DNA of 64,000 bases from a virus (taxonomy: Duplodnaviria; Caudoviricetes). The DNA lies in the IMG/VR virus record IMGVR_UViG_3300010352_002811, positions 30,444-94,443 of that record; one strand, given 5' to 3'. The notes under the pieces are model-generated. The model saw only the letters and a list, made by a program, of their open reading frames with translations. It did no database searches and was not told the DNA's origin. Numbering within the stretch: position 1 is the first letter of the stretch; each line of letters opens with the position of its first letter. Positions 48,836-57,697 of the stretch are shown one piece after another. The translations under genes and the position numbers were made by a program.

Positions 48836-48864
48836 TTGACTTGGAAGAAATCACTCGCTATACT
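48836..48864 (+). promoter_or_regulatory. Sigma70-type promoter with TTGGAAGA box
   Basis: TTGACT-tggaagaaatcactcgc(17)-TATACT; inverted TCTTCCAA at 48815. Confidence 0.8.
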
Positions 48865-48884
48865 TTAGACATGGAGAACAAACA

Positions 48885-49481
48885 ATGACATGTGCTTGCC
48901 ATAAGGATTCTAACAAAACCGCTACGTATTATTACCTTGAGTTTGTTGGATTTACTGAACAAAAAATTGATACTTCTAAGCTTCTTGGCGAAACTGATGC
49001 TGGTGAAGAGTGGAAGGAACAGTCAAATCCATTCGGTCTCGGGAAGAATATGAAGATTCCTGTTGGTGATTTTTTCTCAGAAATCGTGATGTCTGATTCT
49101 GGTCTGTTCATCCCTTCTGAAATTCATGATTATTTGAAGGCATCATACAAGCTAAACCGAGTTCAAATCACTCTAATTCGCGAACTTAGCTGTGATGAAT
49201 TTGATGCTGAAATGAAATATAAGGCTACCAAAAAGAAGATTATGGGAGCTATGAATGCCGCAATTGAACACGAAAAGAAGAATGCAGCACAGCCAGCGAA
49301 GGTAGACATTCCCCACGATTCGAAGTCTGAGCTTGAACAACTTTTCGCACAGACAGAAAGTGGCCGTCTTCATGTTATCGCTCCTGATGCTGATGAACCT
49401 GAAGTAGAACGGCCAAAGACTCAGGAAGATTTTGAGAATGGTGATTTCGGAGATTTCAAGTTTGATGATGAGGATGAATAA
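48885..49481 (+). CDS. Acidic hypothetical protein
   Basis: GGAG SD behind strong promoter. Confidence 0.6.
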   Translation: MTCACHKDSNKTATYYYLEFVGFTEQKIDTSKLLGETDAGEEWKEQSNPFGLGKNMKIPVGDFFSEIVMSDSGLFIPSEIHDYLKASYKLNRVQITLIRELSCDEFDAEMKYKATKKKIMGAMNAAIEHEKKNAAQPAKVDIPHDSKSELEQLFAQTESGRLHVIAPDADEPEVERPKTQEDFENGDFGDFKFDDEDE

Positions 49482-49738
49482 TGCCAATTTATGAATATGG
49501 TTGCGAAGATTGTAAGCATGAAGAAGAGATTTTCCACAACAAGCCAATCAGCGAAGTTGTGGACCCTTCCGAATGCCCAAAATGCGGAAGTAAGAATTTC
49601 AAGAGACTTATGCCATCAAGCTTCCTGTTTGACGTGGTTGATGGATTTATGTATAATGGCGGACGAAAAGATTATAAGTCCAGAATGAGTTTAGAAGACC
49701 AAGTAAAAGTTGTCGAAGGAAAGAAAGACCCATATTAA
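49481..49738 (+). CDS. FmdB-family Zn-ribbon protein
   Basis: MPIYEYGCEDC..CPKCGS..KRLM. Confidence 0.85.
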   Translation: MPIYEYGCEDCKHEEEIFHNKPISEVVDPSECPKCGSKNFKRLMPSSFLFDVVDGFMYNGGRKDYKSRMSLEDQVKVVEGKKDPY

Positions 49739-49998
49739 TGAAAATTCGTTTTGATGTTTGTAATACATCGGATGAAAACGAGATTCCTACAAATCAGACG
49801 AATCTTATAGTATGGGCTTCGCCGGTCCAACGAGGATGGTTTTTGTTCGCATATTCCGCGTTACATAATAACAAAACATTTAATAACCAACCCGCCAGCA
49901 TATTTTCTTGGAATGATAAAAAACAACATCTTAAACTATTAAATAAACGTTTCTTCAAAAAATATAATTACTCTTTTAGAGAATCGTACCACATATGA
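49738..49998 (+). CDS. MK(I/V)-family small basic protein
   Basis: MKIRFDV; paralog of 50033 ORF. Confidence 0.55.
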   Translation: MKIRFDVCNTSDENEIPTNQTNLIVWASPVQRGWFLFAYSALHNNKTFNNQPASIFSWNDKKQHLKLLNKRFFKKYNYSFRESYHI

Positions 49999-50032
49999 AA
50001 ATTAGAATATAAAACAACACAAGGAAAAATTT

Positions 50033-50290
50033 TTGAAAATAAAAATGGTTGTTAGATTATCCGATTCTCAAAAAATATTGGATGATAATGAAACTCATCT
50101 AGTGTTCCGAAATTATTTAGAATCCCCGCCCTCAACTGACCGGGGATATTTCTTAAAAGCTTATTCATTTTTACATAACTATTTTTCAACACACGGCGAA
50201 CTAAAACAAAAATTCAAGTTTGTCAAAAAATTAAATTCAAGATATTTTAGAAAAGTTGGATATGTTATTAATCCAAATTTTCCAAACTAA
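50033..50290 (+). CDS. MK(I/V)-family small basic protein
   Basis: MKIKMVV (TTG start, AAGGA SD); shares N.T.L..RG.FL.AYS.LHN..LN.R.F.K..Y with 49738 ORF. Confidence 0.55.
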   Translation: MKIKMVVRLSDSQKILDDNETHLVFRNYLESPPSTDRGYFLKAYSFLHNYFSTHGELKQKFKFVKKLNSRYFRKVGYVINPNFPN

Positions 50291-50379
50291 TGTTAATAGC
50301 ACCTCGAAACAATCAAATTCAAATGCCTGTATGAATTTGATTTAATATCCAGGCAAAACCAAAACATAGGAAACTATAC

Positions 50380-51012
50380 TTGAGCAAGACAACCCTAGAT
50401 AACATTGTAACCCAGACAAAGACAAATTCACGGAGCCGTTCAAAGCTTCTGAATATTGGAATTGATATCGATAACACCCTTTTTAACCTACCTATCATTG
50501 AATACATTAACAAGACGTATAATGAAAACTATAAGGAACGAGATATTCGCGATTGGGAGTTTTCGAATTTCCCGGAGCATATTAGAAATGATATCTTCGC
50601 GCAATTCAAGAACCCCGAATTCATGTGTCGTCTACGAAGCATCTATGGAACTTATCAGACTATTCGCGATTGGCATTCGGTCGGCCATCGCATTTACCTG
50701 ATTACAAAGCGCGATCTGGGACTGCGAAATGAAACCGAATCTCAAATTCATCGTGAGTTCCCTGGTATCATCTCAGATGTCGCCTTCGTTGGGAATGATG
50801 ATAAGAAGGCCGCACTAAAGTATTATCGTATCAATCTATTCATCGATGATTACCATGTCGAAGATTCGCTTGACCTGAATATTCCTACTTGGATGATTAC
50901 AAATGAAAGCACTCATTATAATCACTCAAAGAGGGCCGATTCAAGACTGTCTCAGGCCGCTGCTCTTCGTCATGTGAGGCTTTTTGATGACTCTCGCGCT
51001 ATTATTCATTAA
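50380..51012 (+). CDS. HAD 5'(3')-deoxyribonucleotidase-like protein
   Basis: IGIDIDNTL, LITKR, K....FIDD. Confidence 0.8.
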   Translation: MSKTTLDNIVTQTKTNSRSRSKLLNIGIDIDNTLFNLPIIEYINKTYNENYKERDIRDWEFSNFPEHIRNDIFAQFKNPEFMCRLRSIYGTYQTIRDWHSVGHRIYLITKRDLGLRNETESQIHREFPGIISDVAFVGNDDKKAALKYYRINLFIDDYHVEDSLDLNIPTWMITNESTHYNHSKRADSRLSQAAALRHVRLFDDSRAIIH

Positions 51013-51175
51013 TTTAACGATTCTTGTACTATTGCTTGTTATCTTCAGGGCACTTATTGTTCTAAATGATAAGATTGATATAGTACAAAAATCCGTTGTC
51101 GAATTTCTAAAAGCCTGTCAAGCGGGAATTAGAAAACCACCATCACACAATCCATAACAAAGGAAACTCATACAA

Positions 51176-52390
51176 ATGCCAAATATCGCTGAAATCAAGG
51201 AAGTAATGCGTCACACTCCTGTAGAACAAGCAACTCTTCTACAGGGGCCGCATGGTATCGGTAAGTCAGAAGTTCTAGCACAAATGTTCATCCCCAAGAT
51301 TGCTCAGTTGACTGATCCGAAGACCGGAGCACTTCTGTTTGAGGCTGATGGAACAACTCCTGTAATGGGAGATGTCAACAACAGTCTTGGATATGATCGG
51401 CTTATCACTCTTTTCCTTGGCCAAGCTGCTGATGCTGGTGATATCATAGGTCTTCCTACACGAATTCCTGCTGTTATCAATGGAGAAGAAACATTCGTTA
51501 CTGAATTCGCTCCTCCTAAGTGGTGGCCAAGGAATGAAGATGAGAAGATTGTGATTCTCCTTGATGAACTAAATCGTGGTAAGCCAGAAATCATGCAGTG
51601 TGTGATGGACATGGTTCTCAATCGCAAGCTGAATGGGCGAAATCTTCCCAAGCACACCAAGATCATCGCGGCAATGAATCCTCTTGATGATGGTTATTAT
51701 CAGGTGGAAGAACTTGACCCTGCGTTCCTTGATCGGTGGAATGTTTATGATTTCACTCCTTCAAATGACGAATGGCTTGAATGGGCATTTAACAACAAGA
51801 TTAATAACCTTGTTCGCACATTTATTTCATCACATCCTGACCATCTTGACCCTCCATCTTCCAAGGATGCGTCGGCCAAGTCGGGTGTTGTGTTCCCTTC
51901 TCGTCGTTCTTGGGCTCGTATTTCAACCATTCTAAACAACTCTCCGGAACTGAAGGATGCTAAGAAGGTCAAGGATCTACAGACCATGATTATTGGAATT
52001 GTTGGAAACCGTTCTGCTTCAGCATTCGTAAAGTTCATCCGCGAAGTTGCTCACAATCTTCAGCCGGTTGACATTCTCGAGAAGTGGGATGATAAGGTTC
52101 AGGTGACTTGTTCGGCTATGCAGATCTTTGACCAGATGCAACTCAATACAAACATTGAGTATTGGATCAAGGATAATTTCAGCAAGCTCAAGTCTTCCAA
52201 GGAACGTACTACGATGGTTGCTAAGAATCTTCAGAATTATCTTGAGACAATTTCTCCGGAAGTTGCCGCAGATTTCTTTGATCGGTTCTCACGCGCATTT
52301 AACGATAAGCAGCAGTGGCCTTCGATGATCATTGCCGCAAATAAGACAATGGGTGACCGTTTCGTAAAGGTGATGCGCGGCGACGTGTAA
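51176..52390 (+). CDS. MoxR-like AAA+ ATPase
   Basis: GPHGIGKS, DIIGLP, LLDELNR, IIAAMNP, LDPAFLDR, PSRRSW. Confidence 0.88.
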   Translation: MPNIAEIKEVMRHTPVEQATLLQGPHGIGKSEVLAQMFIPKIAQLTDPKTGALLFEADGTTPVMGDVNNSLGYDRLITLFLGQAADAGDIIGLPTRIPAVINGEETFVTEFAPPKWWPRNEDEKIVILLDELNRGKPEIMQCVMDMVLNRKLNGRNLPKHTKIIAAMNPLDDGYYQVEELDPAFLDRWNVYDFTPSNDEWLEWAFNNKINNLVRTFISSHPDHLDPPSSKDASAKSGVVFPSRRSWARISTILNNSPELKDAKKVKDLQTMIIGIVGNRSASAFVKFIREVAHNLQPVDILEKWDDKVQVTCSAMQIFDQMQLNTNIEYWIKDNFSKLKSSKERTTMVAKNLQNYLETISPEVAADFFDRFSRAFNDKQQWPSMIIAANKTMGDRFVKVMRGDV

Positions 52391-52399
52391 TTACCTTGT

Positions 52400-52430
52400 G
52401 AGGAGAGGTGAAATATTCCTCTCCTCTTTT
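52400..52430 (+). terminator. Terminator-like hairpin between AAA and vWA genes
   Basis: GAGGAGAGG-tgaaatatt-CCTCTCCTC-TTTT. Confidence 0.75.
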
Positions 52431-52456
52431 CATTTAATTTGTATGAAAGGGGCGAA

Positions 52457-53827
52457 ATGGCCGACATAAATTTAGCAAAAAAGAGGATGGACAAAATCGT
52501 TGTCAATTGGTTCGTACAAGAGCCAATGCTTCTGGGTGTCTGGTCCCTTTGCGAAAAATACGCCGATAAGAACACGGAAACTATTGGAATTGATTCTCGT
52601 TCCACTCCTGTCTGTATTCGGTACAATCCAAACTTCATCAATTCTTTGAACGACGAAGTTTTGGAACACACGCTTGCGAATCAATGTTTCAAGATTCTTC
52701 TTCGTCACACAACAACACGTTTGAAGAATCCAAAGGAAGTCGCTTCTCTTGCTTCTGACATCACTGTGAACCAGATGGCGATGAAGAACATTCCTAACAT
52801 TGATGGAATTTTTGATGTTCTACCAATGCCTGAGAAGTTTGGATTCGAAAAGGGTTCTCACTACGAAAGGTATTATCGTCTTTCAATGGACAATCTGGAA
52901 GACACTCAAGAAAATATCACGAAAATGTTTGGAAAGCAGAACCAGCAGAGTTCACAAGATTCTGACGAAGGCGATTCTTCTCCTGGGGATGGTTCTGGTG
53001 ACGGCGAAGGAGAGGGCGTTGGAAGTGGTGAGGGGCAACCTGATCCAAATGCTCAACCTTCTGGTAGTAATAGTTCTGAAAAGGCAGAAAATGGAAATCC
53101 TGTTGACGAAGACGGGTTTCAGAAGATGGACAGCCAGAAGGATGCCATTAAGAAGATGATGGATCCTCGCGGCGAAACCAACAAGAATTGGGGAGAGAAT
53201 TCCCTTCTTGATGCCGATGTTCAGAATATGGTGAATGAGAAGAAGGGTTCCTCGAAGATGTGGGGAAAGTTCACTGCCGATTTCATGGGAGAAATTGTCG
53301 CGGCGAACACTCCAAAGATTTCTTACAAGGAAATCATTCGCAGGTTCAACACTTCAATCACAACCACGGCTACGCTTCCTTCACGCAAGAAAGCCAATCG
53401 TCGTTTTGACCTTGAGGCTCCTGGCCGCATCAGAATTTACACAACAAAGGTAATTTTTGCGGTGGACGTGTCGGGGTCAATGTCGGATGAAGATTTGGCA
53501 GAGGGCTTCGCAGTCATCAACTCGGTTTGTTCAAAGGCGTCTGTCGAATATGTTCTTTTTGATACAGAAATTAAGCTGATTGAAAAGAAGATGAAGAAGG
53601 CCAAGAACAGTTTCAAGGTTAAGGGTCGTGGAGGTACGGACTTTGAAATGATGTGCCGATATGCTGAAAAACAGAAGGCGGACGGGCTGATCATTTATAC
53701 GGATGGGTACGCTCCTGCTCCAAATCCACCAAAGGGCATGAAGGTTCTTTGGCTGATGAATGGAAAGGGTAACAAGCCTCCTGTTGATTGGGGATATTGT
53801 GCTACATTGGATCGCCACGAATCGTAA
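52457..53827 (+). CDS. DUF2201-type metallopeptidase-like/vWA protein
   Basis: YNP.F..ILLRH..R, A.D..VN; acidic linker; AVDVSGSM MIDAS, GRGGTDF, YTDGY. Confidence 0.85.
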   Translation: MADINLAKKRMDKIVVNWFVQEPMLLGVWSLCEKYADKNTETIGIDSRSTPVCIRYNPNFINSLNDEVLEHTLANQCFKILLRHTTTRLKNPKEVASLASDITVNQMAMKNIPNIDGIFDVLPMPEKFGFEKGSHYERYYRLSMDNLEDTQENITKMFGKQNQQSSQDSDEGDSSPGDGSGDGEGEGVGSGEGQPDPNAQPSGSNSSEKAENGNPVDEDGFQKMDSQKDAIKKMMDPRGETNKNWGENSLLDADVQNMVNEKKGSSKMWGKFTADFMGEIVAANTPKISYKEIIRRFNTSITTTATLPSRKKANRRFDLEAPGRIRIYTTKVIFAVDVSGSMSDEDLAEGFAVINSVCSKASVEYVLFDTEIKLIEKKMKKAKNSFKVKGRGGTDFEMMCRYAEKQKADGLIIYTDGYAPAPNPPKGMKVLWLMNGKGNKPPVDWGYCATLDRHES

Positions 53828-53834
53828 ATAACTT

Positions 53835-53860
53835 AGAGAGGATGAAATATTCCTCTCTTC
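53835..53860 (+). repeat. Hairpin nearly identical to the one at 52400
   Basis: AGAGAGGA-tgaaatat-TCCTCTCT. Confidence 0.6.
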
Positions 53861-53874
53861 ATGGAATTTTATAA

Positions 53875-54765
53875 TTGAAGAACGCTGAACGAGAAAATCT
53901 TGACAAATATTACACAAAATCGTCTGTAGCAAAATTCTGTTACGATGCTTATGTTGATTTTTTGTCAAGCAAGATTGTTGGAAATGTTTTGTTTGTTGAG
54001 CCATCCGCAGGTTCTGGGTCTTTTCTGAATCTAATTGAATATACAAAACTTGGATTTGACATTGTTCCAGAGAATTCCAATATTGTTAAGCTTGATTTTC
54101 TAAAAGATTCGATAAAGAAATATATAAAAAGTAAGAATGTTTTTATAATTGGCAATCCTCCATTTGGTATTAAGTCTAAACTCGCGATTGATTTTCTTAA
54201 CACATCATTAAAATATTCGAAATATGTTGGATTCATAGTTCCAATTCAATTTAGAAAATACGGAGTTCAGAGAAACATTAAACAAAATGCTAGGCTCGTA
54301 CTTGACATTGATTTAGATGATGATTCGTTCACTTTTGCTAATTCTGATTACAATGTTTCTTGCTGCTTTCAAATCTGGACCACTGACAAAATTGGAACGG
54401 ATTTGCGGATAATAAAGCAACCTGATGTAGAACATTCGGATTTCAAACTATTTCAATACAATGCTACAGTTCAAGCTGAGAAATATTTTGATTATGATTG
54501 GGATTTTGCGGTTCTTCGTCAAGGATATGGTGACTTTTCGGAAAAATATTACAAGACTGATAAATTAGACAAAAAGAAACAGTGGATTTTTTTCAAAGCG
54601 AAGAACAAGAAGATTTTGGATAGATTGATGAAATTGGATTTTGTTAAACTGTCTGAAAAGAATACAAAAACTAAAGGCTTTGGAAAACAAGACGTGATTA
54701 AAGAATATGTTGAATTATATGGAGTTTACAGTCCTATAAAGAAATTTTTTAAGCAAGGAGTTTGA
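53875..54765 (+). CDS. DNA N6-adenine methyltransferase (gamma class)
   Basis: DKYYT, VEPSAGSGSF, IGNPPFG. Confidence 0.85.
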   Translation: MKNAERENLDKYYTKSSVAKFCYDAYVDFLSSKIVGNVLFVEPSAGSGSFLNLIEYTKLGFDIVPENSNIVKLDFLKDSIKKYIKSKNVFIIGNPPFGIKSKLAIDFLNTSLKYSKYVGFIVPIQFRKYGVQRNIKQNARLVLDIDLDDDSFTFANSDYNVSCCFQIWTTDKIGTDLRIIKQPDVEHSDFKLFQYNATVQAEKYFDYDWDFAVLRQGYGDFSEKYYKTDKLDKKKQWIFFKAKNKKILDRLMKLDFVKLSEKNTKTKGFGKQDVIKEYVELYGVYSPIKKFFKQGV

Positions 54766-54766
54766 A

Positions 54767-55672
54767 ATGAAACGTATTTTAGTTCTTCCTGGCGGTGGAG
54801 CAAAGGGAACATTACAACTTTATTCAATTTGTCATCTTGAGAAGTTGTTGAATTGTAAGGTTTCAGAATATTTTGATTTAATTGTTGGGACGTCTGTTGG
54901 TGGTATAAATGGAGCAGTTATGTCTTCTGGATTGATAACTGCTTCAGATTATTACCCTCAATTTAAGAACGTGTGTAGGAAGACGTTTGTTAAGAATTAT
55001 TTAACTCGTCCTCCATTGCTTCGTCCAATTTATTCAAGAAGTTATATTCAGAATTTTGCTTATCAGATGTTTGGAAATGGTTTGATGAATTCTTCGAAGA
55101 CCAAGCTGATGATAACTGCCGTGTCTGAATGTGACGAACGAACTCACTTTTTCAAATCGTGGGAACTGAAGGACGGAAGAGAACCAATTGTAGATGTTAT
55201 TTCGAGAACATATGCCGCGCCATTTTATTTTGGGCATGTTATTGATGATGAGAACCGACAAGTTTGGTTAGATGGCGCTACTGGAGTTAACAATGATGCT
55301 ACAGATTTCGCATATGTAGAAGCTGGACGCCAGGGATGGGATGACTTTAGCATTCTTGTCATTGGAACCGGGTATTCGAAAAACGGCACAGATTCTTTCC
55401 GAGAAGCAAAGGATTCGTCTCAACTTTCCCAAATTTTGAAATATGTGTCGCCGGTTTCTGGAGGTCTTGCTCGAGTTCAGTTTGAGGAGCAGCAGAAATT
55501 GCGATATGAAACTTTGGCGGAATCTGTCAAGGGGTTTTCTTACAATTATGTGAACGTTGAGATTCCAAAGAGCCTTGACAAGATGGACGCGGTTTCCTAT
55601 CTTAATGACTATGAAAAGTATGGAGATAATATGAACTCTCAGCTTGATGAAATTTTCAAGAAGGCTTATTGA
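54767..55672 (+). CDS. Patatin-like phospholipase
   Basis: GGGAKG, FDLIVGTSVGG, APFYF, LDGA, IGTG. Confidence 0.9.
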   Translation: MKRILVLPGGGAKGTLQLYSICHLEKLLNCKVSEYFDLIVGTSVGGINGAVMSSGLITASDYYPQFKNVCRKTFVKNYLTRPPLLRPIYSRSYIQNFAYQMFGNGLMNSSKTKLMITAVSECDERTHFFKSWELKDGREPIVDVISRTYAAPFYFGHVIDDENRQVWLDGATGVNNDATDFAYVEAGRQGWDDFSILVIGTGYSKNGTDSFREAKDSSQLSQILKYVSPVSGGLARVQFEEQQKLRYETLAESVKGFSYNYVNVEIPKSLDKMDAVSYLNDYEKYGDNMNSQLDEIFKKAY

Positions 55673-56391
55673 TGGACCATGTAAATAAAGCAAAAAAGTT
55701 CATCGCGTTCGTCAATAAAGATGGACGTGATAGGTATTGGATTAATGGAAATTTTCCTTGGGCCGAAGATGGGCCAACGTTATTTCCATATGATACAAGA
55801 GAACAGAAGAAAATTGCCGATGAAGTTTCGGAAAAATTGGTTTGTTGGAGTGAAACCGGGGATATTGAAGGGGTCATTTTACAGCCAGTTGGTGAAGTTT
55901 TTCTGATTCATAACAAGAAAGCATCTGGCCATATTGTTGATAAGTATGATAAGATTTTCGAACAACAGAAGCAAAAACAGTTAGAAGACAACAAACATCG
56001 AAAGAAGAAATCGGATGAAAATCACTCTGAAATGGATGGAGAATCATGCGATGGTGGGCCTGGATTGGGAGGAACCGAAGAAAGCGTTCATGCCGATACA
56101 GATAATACTGAAGCCAATCGTGCGAACAGGACTTCCAGTAATATATCGAAAAAGAATGAAATAAATAATGAAAATAAGACTGGTGGTTCTGAAGTTCCAA
56201 GCATTCCGGGAAATAAGAAACTTCCCAAGGGTGCTGATACCAATAATGTCGTCAAGACTGAAAAGGTGGAACCAAAGCGTTCGCCATTAGAATTGAAGCC
56301 AAAAGTTGTAGAGAAGCCGAAGAAGGAATCGCTTGCGCCTTCAAAGCCTGTCAAGAAAAGCAAGTTAAACAAACTAATAAAGGAAAAATAA
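55669..56391 (+). CDS. Hypothetical protein with disordered C-terminus
   Basis: ORF; ends KSKLNKLIKEK. Confidence 0.55.
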   Translation: MMDHVNKAKKFIAFVNKDGRDRYWINGNFPWAEDGPTLFPYDTREQKKIADEVSEKLVCWSETGDIEGVILQPVGEVFLIHNKKASGHIVDKYDKIFEQQKQKQLEDNKHRKKKSDENHSEMDGESCDGGPGLGGTEESVHADTDNTEANRANRTSSNISKKNEINNENKTGGSEVPSIPGNKKLPKGADTNNVVKTEKVEPKRSPLELKPKVVEKPKKESLAPSKPVKKSKLNKLIKEK

Positions 56392-56393
56392 AA

Positions 56394-56576
56394 ATGAAGA
56401 ATATTGCTCTTGTTGCTCTCACCCTAGCTACCATCGCTCTTGTTGCTTGTAATGCTAAGACTTCTAAGGATGCTGCTGATTCGACCAAGGTTGACACCAC
56501 AATTGTTGACACTGTTGCCGCTGATTCTGTTTCGGATTCAGCAGTTGTTGATTCTGTAGTCGATTCCGCAAAGTAA
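56394..56576 (+). CDS. Small lipoprotein
   Basis: Signal peptide MKNIALVALTLATIALVA-C (lipobox), then D/S/T/V repeats. Confidence 0.8.
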   Translation: MKNIALVALTLATIALVACNAKTSKDAADSTKVDTTIVDTVAADSVSDSAVVDSVVDSAK

Positions 56577-56579
56577 GGG

Positions 56580-56619
56580 GTTGTGGAGAGGGAGATAACA
56601 TCAAACTCTCCAACTTTTT
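56580..56619 (+). terminator. Possible Rho-independent terminator
   Basis: GGAGAG..CTCTCC followed by AACTTTTT. Confidence 0.5.
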
Positions 56620-56841
56620 ATGAACGCTGGAACTCTAATTGAATTTTTGAAAACCGTTCCACCAACAGCAGAAGTCGTAATTTGTAAAAACAACAAATAT
56701 GAGATTTTTGCTCCAGTTGAAAAAGTTGGGCAGGGAATGTTTGTCCCATTCGAAGAACCACCATTCAACGGAAATATTGGTGAAATGAGGGTTGCTCGAG
56801 TTGGAAAAGAAAATTGTGTATTTTTAATTTCCCCAGAATAG
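56620..56841 (+). CDS. Hypothetical protein
   Basis: M....LIE.L...P..AEVVI N-terminus common in phage small proteins. Confidence 0.55.
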   Translation: MNAGTLIEFLKTVPPTAEVVICKNNKYEIFAPVEKVGQGMFVPFEEPPFNGNIGEMRVARVGKENCVFLISPE

Positions 56842-56850
56842 GAGAATATC

Positions 56851-57036
56851 ATGGTTCGTTGGTCTTACGTTCGTCCTTTCACAATTGCTAAGGATGTTTC
56901 TGGAATTTATGTCGGGGTTACCTCAGACAAGCGAAAGATTTATAGTTATTGCCGCGATTCAGAAGATGCGTATAACAAGTTGAAACCCGCTTTGAAGCCA
57001 TCCGAAACTTTATCATACGTTTACAAGGATAAGTAA
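56851..57036 (+). CDS. Hypothetical protein
   Basis: AGGAG SD. Confidence 0.5.
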   Translation: MVRWSYVRPFTIAKDVSGIYVGVTSDKRKIYSYCRDSEDAYNKLKPALKPSETLSYVYKDK

Positions 57037-57422
57037 TGGGTTGTTTTGATACTGTCGAGTTCAAGAATCCTCCAAGAATTTTGAAACGACTGTCTAGAAT
57101 TTTGAATGGAACTGGATATGATTTTGATTTCCGGTTCCAAACAAAGTCTCTAGGAAGTGGAATGGATTATTTTGAAATTGATGAAGACGGAATGTTCTCA
57201 TCAACAACGGTAGACTGTTCAAAATTCTCTGGAACGGTTCATGCCTACGAATTCATATCTGAGGAAATTTGGATCGACATTTTGGTCACTATAAATAATG
57301 GTAGATTCGTCAATTTGAAAATAACAAATATCTCAATCCCTGATCATTGTTACAGATTTATCAAACTACATGATGTTTATGACGAAGATTTAAGGAATGT
57401 CCACAAACTCAAACGGAAATGA
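57036..57422 (+). CDS. Conserved phage hypothetical protein (MGxFD..FQTK family)
   Basis: MGCFD, FQTKSL, F.G.V..Y motifs. Confidence 0.6.
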   Translation: MGCFDTVEFKNPPRILKRLSRILNGTGYDFDFRFQTKSLGSGMDYFEIDEDGMFSSTTVDCSKFSGTVHAYEFISEEIWIDILVTINNGRFVNLKITNISIPDHCYRFIKLHDVYDEDLRNVHKLKRK

Positions 57423-57697
57423 AACGGGTAGAAATAGAATCTGATATAAATCCATTCTTTGATGCGACAGAGAGATTTCTTATAAAGTTCCGAACGTATG
57501 ATGAACGAAAACAACTTTATGAGAAATATCAACAGCTTTATCGGTCAGAAGAAATAAATAGTCTACATTTGTTTGAAGAATATTTAATAGAAGTAGATAT
57601 GTTGTCAGAATTTCCGTTCATCACAATAACACCTAAGCAAGAACTTTTAGAAAGATTAAAAAATGCGATTGAATTTTTTGAAAACTCAGTTCTATAA
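57419..57697 (+). CDS. Hypothetical protein
   Basis: ATGA-coupled ORF. Confidence 0.5.
   Translation: MKRVEIESDINPFFDATERFLIKFRTYDERKQLYEKYQQLYRSEEINSLHLFEEYLIEVDMLSEFPFITITPKQELLERLKNAIEFFENSVL

Noticed and set aside
30339-50012. Stop-codon reassignment suggested by internal stops
   Set aside because: Conserved genes are intact under code 11 and end in TAA, TGA and TAG; internal stops are confined to decayed small ORFs
54767-55672. CBASS system (patatin effector plus pol-beta-type NTase at 28210)
   Set aside because: Genes are 25 kb apart with no Cap ancillary genes, and the NTase is not recognisably a CD-NTase
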